Shown here: piece by piece, positions 23,002 through 35,289 of the stretch | How the letters are laid out: every line of letters begins with the position of its first letter | How positions within the stretch are numbered: position 1 is the first letter of the stretch | Assembly: GCA_013265495.1 (NCBI GenBank) | Contig: MU057822.1 | Span: 479,097 to 514,385 of the forward strand | Reading direction: 5' to 3' | Origin: Vicugna vicugna | Taxonomy: Eukaryota | Length of the DNA stretch: 35,289 nt | Made by a program: the position numbers and the translations under genes | Notes under the pieces: model-generated | Seen by the model: the letters and a program-made list of their open reading frames with translations, nothing else | Database searches by the model: none | Told to the model about the DNA's origin: nothing

Positions 23002-24760
23002 CTTCCTCCTTCGCCTCCTGTCTTTTTTGTGAAGATGCTACTTGGAGTTTCAACCAAGCAGAACTGATGGAATTTCTAGAATCTCAAGGCCCTCAGGTGG
23101 AAAGTAATCAGAAAGGTTCTTAGCTGCCGAAACCCCTCCCCACTGCACCTCCCACCTTGACTACAGCCCTGCAGGAGACACCCCTTCCCTCGAGCTTGTG
23201 CTCAGGCCCTGCTTCCTGGGCCTGCCCCTCTGCACAGCCACTCAGAGGTCTGCACACACACATGCTGTCTCCCCAGTCGGCTCCTCTCCAGCCAGACACC
23301 CCAACCCACGCTGCACATCCTTCACCTCTGGTAAGCTCACAGGACATGCATGCAGCCAACCGAGAGGAGGAAGGCAGGGTTCCAGTCACAGCGCTGCTGC
23401 CCTTCCAGGGACTGGTTTCCTCCTTACCTTCCTCTGGACCTGCTTCTGACTAAACACAGGGTTAATGTATGCCCATCCTGGGGTATCACACTTCATCCCG
23501 CATGTCACCGGTTTGCCGTTTACTGCTCTGCCTCCTCAGCGCCTCCTTGTGGTGAGGGCTGTTTCTTGTGAATTAGAGAAGAGAGACTGGTAGGGGCTGG
23601 ACTTAACTAACCTTCAAGGCCCATCTGTTCCAGCCTGAAAACACATGACACCTCCTAACACCCCTAGACTGCCTTGCGAGGAATCCAGGGCCAGGACCTA
23701 GGACCCAGCCTCAGCTCCCGCCACCCGTGAGGCCAGAGAGGAAACTGTATCAGCATGAGGCTCCGCAGAACTGGGTGCGCCCAAGGCCTGTGCAGTCACC
23801 AAGTCTCCCTCCAGGGCCTATTGGTAACACTTCCACCCTCTCCTGTCTCCCCGTGTCGCCCAAGCACTCTGGGCCTTTATTCCAAGAAGTCGATCTAGAG
23901 AGTCTAGCTGTGTTGTGCTCTGTCCTCTTGACCCCTGTGCTGCTTCTGTGACTGACTGCCTGCCTTTGCTTGGCTGGAAAGCAGGAACAGAAGTGCTGAA
24001 GGCTGCCCGCTGAGATTAACCCAGGAGTCAACAATAGAAGGTCACAAAGGTCAAAAGCAATTTGGACTCAAGCCTCTTAGAACAAAAGGGAAACACAGTT
24101 CAACCCGCCAAGGCTTCTCATTTGAGAAAGAACTAGAAGCAACGAGAAGTCAGCTTGGAATCGCACAGGAAGTGGTAGCAGAGACAGCTCAGTTCTCCTG
24201 ACGCCCAGCCCCAAAGCTGTCACCAGGGCGTGCACACGCTCATTCACTCAACAAACAAAATTACTCAACAAATCAGCAGTACGCCAGGTGTCAGGGCTTC
24301 ATGGAAACCACTGGGTTAAAAGCCCAGGCTCCCCAGGTAAGAGGCCAAATCTCAGCATGGCCCTGTGTGCCCTCTGTGGTCGATGCCGCCACTTCCTCGC
24401 CGCCCTTTCCCACCCGCTCCCCTTCCAGGCCAACAAAATCCAATTTTTTGTAGGTGGTGACTGGAGATACTTTAATCTCAAGAAAAGCAGGACTAGCTCC
24501 TGAGAACGTCACGACTGATTTAAAGCCCTCAGGCAGGGGGCCTGTGTGACCCAGTTCTGCTGCAGAGAACTAGGCTGAGGCCTGCTGGGAGGTTTCGGGG
24601 AAGGGGCTCTGCCCCGGCCCCTACTTGTTCCCTTTGACCGAGGGGAGCGAGCGCCGTGCCTGGCCCTCCTGCAGCTATCTTGCAGGGGGAAAATGGGAGA
24701 AGTGTCCGACTCCCTAATTACACTGGGCACCGAATGAGCCCTAGAACCACCAGCCTCCAG

Positions 24761-24807
24761 ACGTGCGTGCGTGAGTACGTGCGTGCGTACATGCGTGTGT
24801 GCGTATG
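24761..24807. repeat. Imperfect (CGTG)n alternating purine-pyrimidine microsatellite
   Basis: acgtgcgtgcgtgagtacgtgcgtgcgtacatgcgtgtgtgcgtatg read directly. Confidence 0.85.
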
Positions 24808-26789
24808 AGAGATGGAACCATGTTGGGTGGTCGCTTCCAGCTGGAGCATTTCTGACTCAAACTGATGCAACAACTTGACTCCAATAGTTTGAGAAAATGT
24901 GTTCTATGTCTCATCACTTTGATGTGAACAGTATATGGAAACGCGAGTATGTGAAAGTTCCTGAAGTAAATCAAAAAGGCCTCTGACAGCGCCCAGTCAA
25001 GCCGCAGATGGCGTTAAGCTGCCGCCGTTACCGAGTTACTCTTCTCCTTTCTGAGGATTCTTGGTAGGTAGTTTTGCTCTTGTTCAGAGAGCTTCCAGAC
25101 TAACTTTGGAGGCGCTGGCCCGGATTCCAACTAACTTAAGAAGAGAATTTCTTGACTTACAGAACTGAAAAGGCCCACAAGTTGCATCTGGCTCCAGGCA
25201 AAGCTACATTCCAGGTCAGCCTGTCTGTCCGTCTCCACACCCCGAACCCAGCCGCTTCCCCTCCCTCCACTGCTCTGCGTCCCTCTTGGGCTTTCACGAA
25301 GATGCAGGTGAAGAACTAGGTGATGGTTCCCTCCTTTCCAACCTGGCCGCTGACCACCACTGACTCCGCAGCCACGAGAGCCTCTTACTGTCTCTTAATG
25401 GGAGGCTTCCTAATGTTTTCTAGCCATGCTTTAATTTCATGTTTCCAAAGCTACTTGGGAGACGCGTGAATTTGCAGGTTGTCAGCCCAAAGCTGCTGAG
25501 CAACACAACATCCCCAACAACTGGGCAGGAGACTTGCCGGGAGACCCCCACGCACTGCCGTGAGTCAGGTCCACACATCTGCTCCACCACTCACTTACCC
25601 TGCTGGGTACGGTGCCCCTCGTCGTTAGTGAGTGCTTGCATTTCCCATAGAGAAGTGGAGAGAGACATCCCAAAACAACCGAATTAAAAGCAAAAAGATT
25701 ACATGGAAAAGACTGAGCACAAGTGTATCAAGCAGCTGCGAACAGAAAATCAGGGTCGTCTTGTATTAGGCAATGCAGTACAAGACAAAAACTAAACTGG
25801 ACTAAATGGCATTTTAACGTAGCAACATTTTCTATGGCTAAAGAGTGTAATTTGCAATTAAAACACTTTTCTGTACCAAGTCCCACCAGAAGTGACATAA
25901 GGCAGAAATTGCTAGAGAGGTGTGGAGAATTGAGCAATCTCAATAGTAATGGAAGGTGACATCTTTCTCACTTGCCAGCAGGTCATTTGTAAAAATGAAC
26001 AGCAGTGCTGTAAGGAAGCTCTCATGACAAAGCTCCCCTTCACTGAGACTGGCCCTGGAGAGAACCTCCTGAGAAGGAGGGCAGTTGGCCCTCCCAGGCC
26101 TGCCTCCTGTCCATGAGGGTCCCCTTCCAGGTGGACCATGTCAAGCAGGCCTGGGGCCCTGTGTTCTCTTTGCCCTTCAGGCTGGGTGTAGACACAGGCC
26201 TTCCCATTACTCCGCACAGCACAGCCATGGCTGGGCTGGGAAGCTCTTCGAGGCTTGTCAGATGGTCAAGGCAGAACAGGCAGGAATCACAGCACAGCCA
26301 AGTCTACCACAGTTATCTGGCTAGCTCTCGTCATCTGTCAGGGGGGTCCCCGCTGGGAGGAAGTGCCCTTCAGAATCCAGAGGGGCAGGAACTACCTTTC
26401 CCACTGTCTAAAGCAACTTACACCAGCCCCTGTTCGAAGTCCTCACTTTTTCTCCGAGGTCTAGTTCTTCCCAGACTGATGGGTGGTAGGAGTGTCCAAT
26501 TGCTATAGGGACACCTCTACCCAACTTTACTTCATGGCACTAACAGGCTGCCTAGACCACAGCACAATCACCCACCATCTGTACAAGAGAGTCATACAGC
26601 AGTTAATAGCACTGATCTGTTCTTAAGTAAGTATGGGTGTGTACCTGTGCTTGTGTGCGTTTATGCAGAGTGTGCACATAGAGAAGGCCCTCTTTTCCGG
26701 TGCTCATGGATGATTCCTAAAAGCAGATCCTATTTCAGGTCATTGTATTAGATACGCTGGACATTGCATCTCTTCCTATATAACCTTTT

Positions 26790-27215
26790 TAAGGAAACCT
26801 GACCCCATTCCTAGGCCAGCTGGAAGGGTAACAAGTAACCATCCATTAAGGCTTCACAGGTGATTGGACCAGGAGTGAACACCTGACCCTAGCTACAGCA
26901 ATCAGATCCTTTTGGAAATTTGGATTTTAGGACACAAAAACTGTGGCAAACCCTGGATCTAAAGCGTTATATAAAATTGGGAATGGTGGCCACGCTAAGC
27001 CATGTTCAAGCAAAGGAAACTAATCTGTAGAGTAGATACTGGAGTAGGTGAGAAGAAAGAGGTACAGTGAGAGATTCGCAGCCCGGAAGAAGCTTCCTGG
27101 TACTTTCTTTTCCTCTGAAGTCCACCTTTTGTTCCTCCACTTCATTTCTTTGAAATTGTCTCCCTTTTCACTTGAGTTAATATGAGTGGGTTTCTCAAAA
27201 ACTGTTTTAAAACCA
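26790..27215. mobile_element. Possible old LTR relic (ERVL/MaLR-like)
   Basis: gtgattggaccaggagtgaacacctgacccta...caatcaga and cttgagttaatatgagtgggtttct resemble ancient LTR consensus motifs. Weak. Confidence 0.35.
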
Positions 27216-27229
27216 GAAATTGGGTGCTG

Positions 27230-27365
27230 GAAATATTCTGAAATTACATAGTGGAGATGGTTGCACAACATGGTAAAGATACTAAAACTACTGAATTGTG
27301 TTTGACTTTCAAATGGTGAGTTTTATGTTCTGTGAATTGTGTCTCAATAAAAAACTTAAAGCAGA
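27230..27365 (+). mobile_element. LINE-1 extreme 3' end (L1M-like)
   Basis: gtggagatggttgcacaacatggtaaagatactaaaactactgaattgtg...tgtgaattgtgtctcaataaaaa is a typical L1M 3' terminus with AATAAA. Confidence 0.7.
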
Positions 27366-27653
27366 AATTATATGCCATAAAACCAGACATTAACAAAAGG
27401 TTTAGAAATCCAGCCACCGAAACCAGGAAATGCAAGGGAAGGGAACTGTTCTAGGTCATTCTTTGGTGAAAAAAGAGAATCCAAACTGCAGCGACACTTT
27501 TGAAGCTGGTGACAGCGGAAAAAATATAAAACTGCGTGTGGGGGGTGCTCACAGTTTTCTTCAAGGAAGCTCATAACTATAAGTGAATTTTTATTAACAT
27601 ACAGAAAGCAAAATTAAATGACTTAAGTATTCATGTCAAGAAGTTAGAAATCA

Positions 27654-27790
27654 GGGGGAGGGTGAAGCTTAAATTGTAGAGTGTATGCTTAGCATGCACA
27701 AGCTCCTGGGTTTAATCCCCAGTCCCTCTTCCAAAAAAATAAAGTAAGTAAACCTAATTACCTCCCCCCCAAAATAAAAATAAATTAAAA
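27654..27790 (+). mobile_element. tRNA-Ala-derived SINE inserted in an L1 fragment
   Basis: gggggagggtgaagcttaaattgtagagtgtatgcttagcatgcacaagctcctgggtttaatccccagt, A-rich tail, and short TSD AAATCA at 27648-27653 and 27791-27796. Confidence 0.85.
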
Positions 27791-28219
27791 AAATCAAAGA
27801 GCAAAATAAACCTAGGCAAGATAACAGGAATGAAAGATTGAAAATAAAATAATAAATTTTTTTAAAAAGTGGATAAATGTGGTTCCTAGACATAGCAGTC
27901 ACAAAGCTGTCAGGTTCACCATTTTTCTTATAAATAGCCGTCCCGTTCCTGGCTCCCTGCTGAGGGAGCTGGCCCTGGGCTGCTCCTTGAATAGGGGAAG
28001 CCCTGATAGAACCTGAGTGGGGTTCTGGCCAAGGGAGGCCCATGAATAACCAGGCATACAGAGCTCTGCCTAAGAGGGGCAGTGTCAAAGAGCATAATAT
28101 CAAAGATGAGAGCCATAAAAGAGAGGGACTAACTCTGACTCTACAAAAATTAGAACTATTGCAAAAGAGAGGAAAGCTTGTAAGCATGTCGGATCATACT
28201 TGAAAAACAAAGTTTAATT

Positions 28220-28570
28220 CCAGAGAAAGAAATATAACTGGCCAATAAACACATGAAAAGATGGGCAATCTCATTTGTAATTGAAGTGTAAATCAAAACA
28301 ATCGTTTTATCCATGAGGTTCACAAAAACTAGAAAACTCTATCATACCCAGATCTTCTCTCATACATTGCTGGCGCAAACTGGTTCAGCTTTTCTGCAGG
28401 ATCTAAGCAAATGCTGAATGCGCTTACCCTTAACCCACGAATGTATCCTGCAGAAACCTTAGGACATGTGCACAAATGTGTGTCTCAGTGTTTACTACAG
28501 CTTGTTTGTAAGCAAAAAACAAAAAGACCAAAAATATCCACTAGTGGAGGATCAGGTAAATAAGCTTTGG
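28220..28570 (+). mobile_element. Very old LINE-1 3' ORF2 fragment
   Basis: ggccaataaacacatgaaaagatg, ctctcatacattgctgg and tgtttactacagcttgtttgtaagcaaaa are diverged L1 motifs. Confidence 0.6.
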
Positions 28571-28637
28571 AAAGTACTCCTTGTGGCGTGGCAGCATGAG
28601 TGCCACAGAACCACTCCCCAGTGAAACTGATAAAAAT

Positions 28638-29042
28638 GAAGAAGAAAGAAGAAAGAACAAGAAGAAGAAGAAGAAGGAGGAGGAGGAGGAGGAGGAAGAA
28701 GAAGAGGAGGAGGAGGAAGAAGAAGAGGAGGAAGAGGAAGAAGAAGAAGAAGAAGAAAGAAGAAGAAGAAGAAGAAGAAGAAGAAGAAGAAGAAGAAGAA
28801 GAAGAAGAAGAAGAAGAAGAAGAAGAAGAAGAAGAAGAAGAAGAAGAAGAAGAAGAAGAAGAAGAAGAAGAAGAAGAAGAAGAAGAAGAAGAAGAAGAAG
28901 AAGAAGAAGAAGAAGAAGAAGAAGAAGAAGAAGAAGAAGAAGAAGAAGAAGAAGAAGAAGAAGAAGAAGAAGAAGAAGAAGAAGAAGAAGAAGAAGAAGA
29001 AGAAGAAGAAGAAGGAAGAAGAAGGAAGAAGAAGGAAGAAGA
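28638..29042 (+). repeat. (GAA)n/(GAG)n purine microsatellite with an uninterrupted (GAA)85 core at 28759-29013
   Basis: Read directly. Purine-only from 28659 to 29042. Confidence 0.98.
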
Positions 29043-29477
29043 CGAACATCATTTAAACTCCCTGGAAATGTTCTTAATGGCATATAGCAAATTAGGAAAC
29101 ATTTATTCAAGAAAATCTAAAATTCAATCAGTCAGGTTCAATAAGAATATCAATAAGTAGAAAGTATTTTAAAAGAACCAAGTAGAAATTCTGGAGTTAA
29201 TAAGTACAATACCTGAAATAAAGAATTCACTTGAGGGGCTCAACAGTAGGTTTGACATGGCAGAAGAAAGAATTTAGTGGACTTGAAGATAGGTTGATAG
29301 AGATTATGCAGCTTAAAGAACAGAGAGAACAAAGACTAAAGGAAAATAAACAGAACCTCAGAGAAGTGTGAGACACGATGAAGTGCACAAACGTGTGAAA
29401 TGCGAGTACCAGAGAGGAGAGAAAGGGGAAGAGAAAATATTCAAATAAATAATGGCTAGACACTTGCCAAATGTATT

Positions 29478-29596
29478 TTTGGGTTTTTCGTGGGAGGGGG
29501 GCGGTAATTCGGTTTATTTATTTATTACTGGACATTGAATCCAGGACCTCGTGCATGCCAAGTATGTACTCTACCACTGTGGTATATCCACCCTGC
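29478..29596 (-). mobile_element. tRNA-Ala-derived SINE inserted in L1 ORF1
   Basis: Reverse complement reads gggtggatataccacagtggtagagtacatacttggcatgcacgaggtcctggattcaatgtccagt. TSD tgccaaat(g/t)tatt at 29465-29477 and 29597-29609. Confidence 0.87.
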
Positions 29597-30411
29597 TGCC
29601 AAATTTATTGAAAAACAATCTACACATCCAGGAAGCTCAATGAAGTCCAAGTAGTATGAATACAAAGAGATCCACAACAGACACATCACAGGAAAAAATG
29701 CTGGGGGAAAAATGCTGCAAATCAAAGACAAGGAGAGAATCTTAAAAACAACAGGAGAAAAATGGAACATTACTTATAAGGGAACCCCAATAAGATTAAT
29801 AGCTGACTGCTTTTGGAAACAATAGAGACTAGAAAGGAGTTGGAGAACGTATTAAAGTACCCCCCACAAAGAAAGAACTGTCAGCCAAGAACCCTGTATA
29901 CAACAAAGCCACCTTTCAAAAATGAAAACAAAATAAAGACATTCCCAGATAGACAAGAACAGAGAAATTGTTGCCAGCAGAGCTACCTTACAAGAAACAC
30001 TAAAGGAAGTTCTTTAGGCTAAAAGTAAGTGACCTCAAACGGTAGTTTAAATCCACATGAAAAGACAAAGAGCATTGGTAAAGGTAATTATATAATTATA
30101 AAAGACAATATAAATAAATGTTTTCTCCTTTCTCAGCTGATTTAAAAATAAACTGTATAAAACTATCTAATAATGTACTGCTGGGCCTGTCACATACAGA
30201 AATGTAACAGATTTGCCAGTAACAAGAAAAGGAGACGGGTGGCAGCAAAGCTGTACTGGGCTAAGGGAATGACGCAGATGGTAACTCAAATCCACCAGTG
30301 AAGAGAACCAGAAATTATAAATAAAAGATTAATAAAACAAAAGCTGTAACTGTATACATGTTCTCTTTTCTTCTCTTGGCTTCCTTAAAAGTCATAAAAT
30401 TATGTAAAGTA

Positions 30412-31450
<1,039 letters not shown>

Positions 31451-32430
31451 ATAAAATAATGTAAAGTAATAATTATAACAATCTGTCACATTTATAAATG
31501 GAATGTGTATAACAACAATGCTGCAGAAGAGGAAGGAAAGGGAATGCAACTATGTAAAAGTAATGTTCTAGCATTTCACTGGCATTGAAGCTGATATAAA
31601 TCTGAAACTGATTCTAAGTTACGGTACCTGTAGTGAGCCTAGAGCAACAACTACAGAAATAATACCAAAAAAATCTAGTGAAAAAAGTCCTTAAATTTAA
31701 ATACCACATTAGAAAATATTCACTTAATGCAATGGCAAATAATGAAGGAAAACCAGAGGAACAAAGAAGACATAACAAAAAGTGAAATGGTAGACATAAA
31801 TTCAGCTAGATCAAGAGTAACATTAAATGTGAATGGATCAAATAACGCAGTCAAAAGAGAGATTATCAGACTGGATAAAAAACAAGATCTAACTCTATGC
31901 TGTCGAGAGAAGAAACACTTTAGATTTTAAAATATAAATAAATTGATAGTAAAGGGGTTGAAAAAGATATATCATGCAAACAGCAACATAAAAAAGCTGG
32001 AGGGTTTATGCTAATAAACAAAATGAACTTTAAAACAAAAAATGCTACTAGGGATAAAAAGGGACATTTTATAATGATAAAAGGATCAATGCATCAAAAA
32101 GATACAACAATTACAAACATATATGTACTTAATTACAGAAAACTAGAATATGTAAAGCAAAAACTGACAGAAATGAAGTGGGGAAATAGACAATTCAACA
32201 ATAATAGTTGAAGCCTTTAAAACTCCATTTTCAATAATGGATAGAAAAACTAGGCAGGAGATAACAAGGAAATTGAGGACCATAAACCAACTGACCTAAC
32301 AGACATCTGCAGAATACTCCACCCCAAAACAGCAGAATACACATTTTCTGAAGTGCACATGGAACGTTCTCCAGGACAGACCATATGCTAGGCCATAAAA
32401 AACCTTCAATAAATTTAAAAGTTAGAAATA

Positions 32431-32565
32431 GAGGGGGAGGATATAGCTCAAGTGGTAGAGCATATGCTTAGCATGCACAAGGTCCTGGGTTCAATCCCCA
32501 GTACCTTCATCAAAAAACTAAATAAATAAATAAACCTAATTACCTCCCCCTGCCAAAAAAAAAAA
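32431..32565 (+). mobile_element. tRNA-Ala-derived SINE inserted in L1 ORF2 (long form)
   Basis: gggggaggatatagctcaagtggtagagcatatgcttagcatgcacaaggtcctgggttcaatccccagt, poly(A), and imperfect TSD aaaagttagaaata / aaaagtagaagta. Confidence 0.92.
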
Positions 32566-32743
32566 AAAAGTAGAAGTAATACAAAATATGTTCTCCTATC
32601 ACAAAGAAATAAAATTAGAAAAAAATTGGTGTTCTGTTGAGTGAAATTTGGGAACCTCACAAATATATGGAAATGAAACAACAAAGTTCTAAATAATCAA
32701 TGAGTCAAAGAAGAAACCAAAAGGAAAATTAGAAAATGAAATG

Positions 32744-32857
32744 GAGGGGAGGGAGAAGGGCATAGCTCAGTGGTAGACTGCATGCTTAACATGCATAAGG
32801 TCCTGGGTTCAATCCCCAGTGCCTCCATTAAAAAAATAATAAAAATAATAAATAAAA
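32744..32857 (+). mobile_element. tRNA-Ala-derived SINE inserted in L1 ORF2 (short form)
   Basis: gggcatagctcagtggtagactgcatgcttaacatgcataaggtcctgggttcaatccccagtgcctcca, A-rich tail, and imperfect TSD agaaaatgaaatg / agaaaatacaatg. Confidence 0.9.
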
Positions 32858-34679
32858 AGAAAATACAATGAATAAAAATAAAGATACAAAATTCCAAAGA
32901 GCGGCTAAATCTACGCTTAGAGGAAATTTTAAGCCATAAATATCCACATTAAAAGAAGAATGGTCTCAAATCAATAACCTAACCTTCTACCTTAAGACAG
33001 TGGTGAAATAAGAGCAAACTAAGCCTAAAGAAAGGAGAATAAAGATTTGAGTGGAAATAAATGAAATAGAGAATAGGAAAACAGAGGGAAAAATCAATGA
33101 AATCAAATCCTGGTTCTTTGAAAAGATGAATAAAATTGAAAAACTTTAGCTGAACTGACCAAGAAAATAAAAAAGAATACTCAAATTACTAGAATCTGAA
33201 ATGAAAGAAGGAATATTACTACCAACCTTACAGAAATAAAATGAATTATAAAGGAACACTATGAACAACTGTATGCCAATAAATTATACAACTTCGATGA
33301 AATGAACAAATTCCTATAAAGAAATAAGCTAGCAAACTGACTTCAAGAAGAAATAGAAAATTCATAACATGGGATTGAATTAGCAGTCAAAACACTACTC
33401 ATAAAGGAAAGCCCAGGACCAGATGTGGTTCTGGTATTCCACTGTGGAATTTTAACAAAACATAAAGAAGAATTACTACCAAAGAATTCTTCACAAACTA
33501 TTCCAAAATTGAAGAGGAAGGAACACTTCCCAGCTCATTCTACGAGGCCAGTATTAACCTGACACTAACATCACTGAAGATGTCACAAGAAAAGAAAACT
33601 ACAGGCCAGTATCTCTTATGAATATGGACTCAGAAAAGCTAACAAAATACTAGCAGACCAAATCCACTCATATGAAAAAATGCCACACCAGGAGCAAGTG
33701 GGATTTATCAGAGGAATGCAGTGTTGGTTTGACATGTGAAAATTAGTGTTATACACCTGACTTGTCAATAGAGTAAAACAAAACCCACAGGATTATCTCA
33801 AAAGACAGAGAAAACATTTGACAAAATTGAACACCCTTTCATTATACAACACTTAAACTCGGAATAGAAGAGGTCTTCTTCAACTTGACAAAAGGCATCT
33901 ATGAAAAACCCAGTAACATCATACTTACTGGCACAAGACTGAACGCTTTCCTCCTAATATCAGGAACAACACAAGGGTGTCCACTCTCAGCGCTTCTACT
34001 CAACATTGAGGTTCTAGCCAGGGAAGTTAGCGGGGGAAAAAAGAAAAAGAAAGAAAAGCATTCCAGATTGGAAAGGAAGAAGTAAAACTATCTCTATTTG
34101 TATATGACACGATCTTGTATATGGAAAATCCTGAGAAGTTCACTAAAAAATTACTAGAACAAATAAATGAATTCAGGATACAGATCAATATATATATGAA
34201 ATCAACTGTATTTCTATATACTTGCAATGAACAATCTGAAAATGAAATTAAAATAATTCCAATAAAAACAGTATCAAAAATAATAAAATTCTTAGGAGTA
34301 AATTTAACAAAAGGAGTGCAAAATTTATAATGTGAAAACCACGAAACGTTGAAAAATTAAAGATCGAAATAAATTGAAAAGCATTCCATATTCATAGATC
34401 AGAAGGCTTATTGCTATTAAGGTGAAAATAGCCCCCAAGCTGATCTATAGATTCAGAGCTATCCCTATCAGAGTCCCACCTCACTTCTGTGAAGAACTGG
34501 CAGACTGATTCCAAGATTCACATGGAATGGCAAAGCACCCTGAGTAGCCAAAACAGTCCTGAAAAAGAACAACATTGGAGAACTCACACTCTCAATTTCA
34601 AAATTTACTGCAAAGCAACAGAATTTCAAGACAGCACGATCCTGGCATGAAGACAAACATACAGGTCAATGACAAACTG

Positions 34680-35289
34680 GAAAAACAGCTTCAACGTATA
34701 CAAAAAAGTGTTGTTTTCCATAATCTATAAAAGGAGCCCTTAATAAATCGATAAGATAAAGATCAACCTACCAGTGGAAAAATGGACAAGACCAGGGAAT
34801 GACAATTCCCCAAAGAAAATAATACAAATGACCAATAAGCAAATGATTGATGTTCACCTGCACAAGTAATCAAAGACATGGAAAAACAAAAACAAGCAAG
34901 AAAGATACAAATGTTCACCTACCAGATTGGCAGGGATTAAAGAGATGGCTGAAGCTGTGTGCAGGCGGGTGTGGATCACCAGGTACCACTGTGCTGGTAG
35001 AGAGGGGGCCTGAGTCTCCCCGTCCACTGTCCCGAGGGGCCTGGGCAACATGGTCAGAGCCTTAAAGGACTGAGCCCTTTGCACCTGCAGCTCCCCTTCC
35101 AGAAGTCCGTTCACGGAAATTGCCCAACACACTGAGATGTGACTTTTAGGCACTGGACACCCTGAAAACATCCACATTAGAGAACTTGCTAAATGAGATT
35201 AAATACTCAGCAGGTGTTTTACATAATATTATACATGTTCATTTATTGAGATGTAAAAATGTCCACAACATATTAGTAAATGAAAAAAA
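34680..35289 (+). mobile_element. Very old LINE-1 3' ORF2 fragment
   Basis: gaaaaatggacaagacc...tacaaatgaccaataagcaaatg...cacctaccagattggc are diverged L1 motifs. Confidence 0.55.

Noticed and set aside
28541..29160. Long ORFs encoding poly-E, poly-R, poly-L and poly-F
   Set aside because: Artefacts of the stop-free GAA/TTC microsatellite, with no gene context.
32433..32510. Possible functional tRNA-Ala(AGC) gene (and similar copies)
   Set aside because: Mismatched stems, A-rich tails and TSDs identify these as SINEs.
31727..34330. Active LINE-1 ORF2 / reverse transcriptase
   Set aside because: Many stops and frameshifts, SINE insertions and a degenerate catalytic FADD motif.

Overview
Mammalian genomic DNA, probably a camelid judging by its tRNA-Ala-derived SINEs. 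Positions 131-20446 hold the last 17 coding exons of ZZEF1 on the + strand. All introns are GT-AG, the phases are consistent, the exons total 2720 coding nt (about 906 aa) and the protein ends ...ATRLWNVEC*. A 3' UTR of about 2.5 kb follows and probably ends near 22975. The rest is intergenic and repeat-rich. A decayed LINE-1 (about 28575-34670) carries a 255-nt pure (GAA)85 tract, three SINE insertions and a full-length processed RPSA pseudogene with target-site duplications. Introns contain L1, L2, MIR and Charlie-type relics. I found no convincing undescribed biological system. The best leads are the long GAA tract, the self-complementary ends of the SINE, a SINE-derived cryptic splice donor, HERC-like modules in the ZZEF1 C-terminus and a non-canonical poly(A) site. 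All homology calls come from recognition of remembered sequences, not from database searches.
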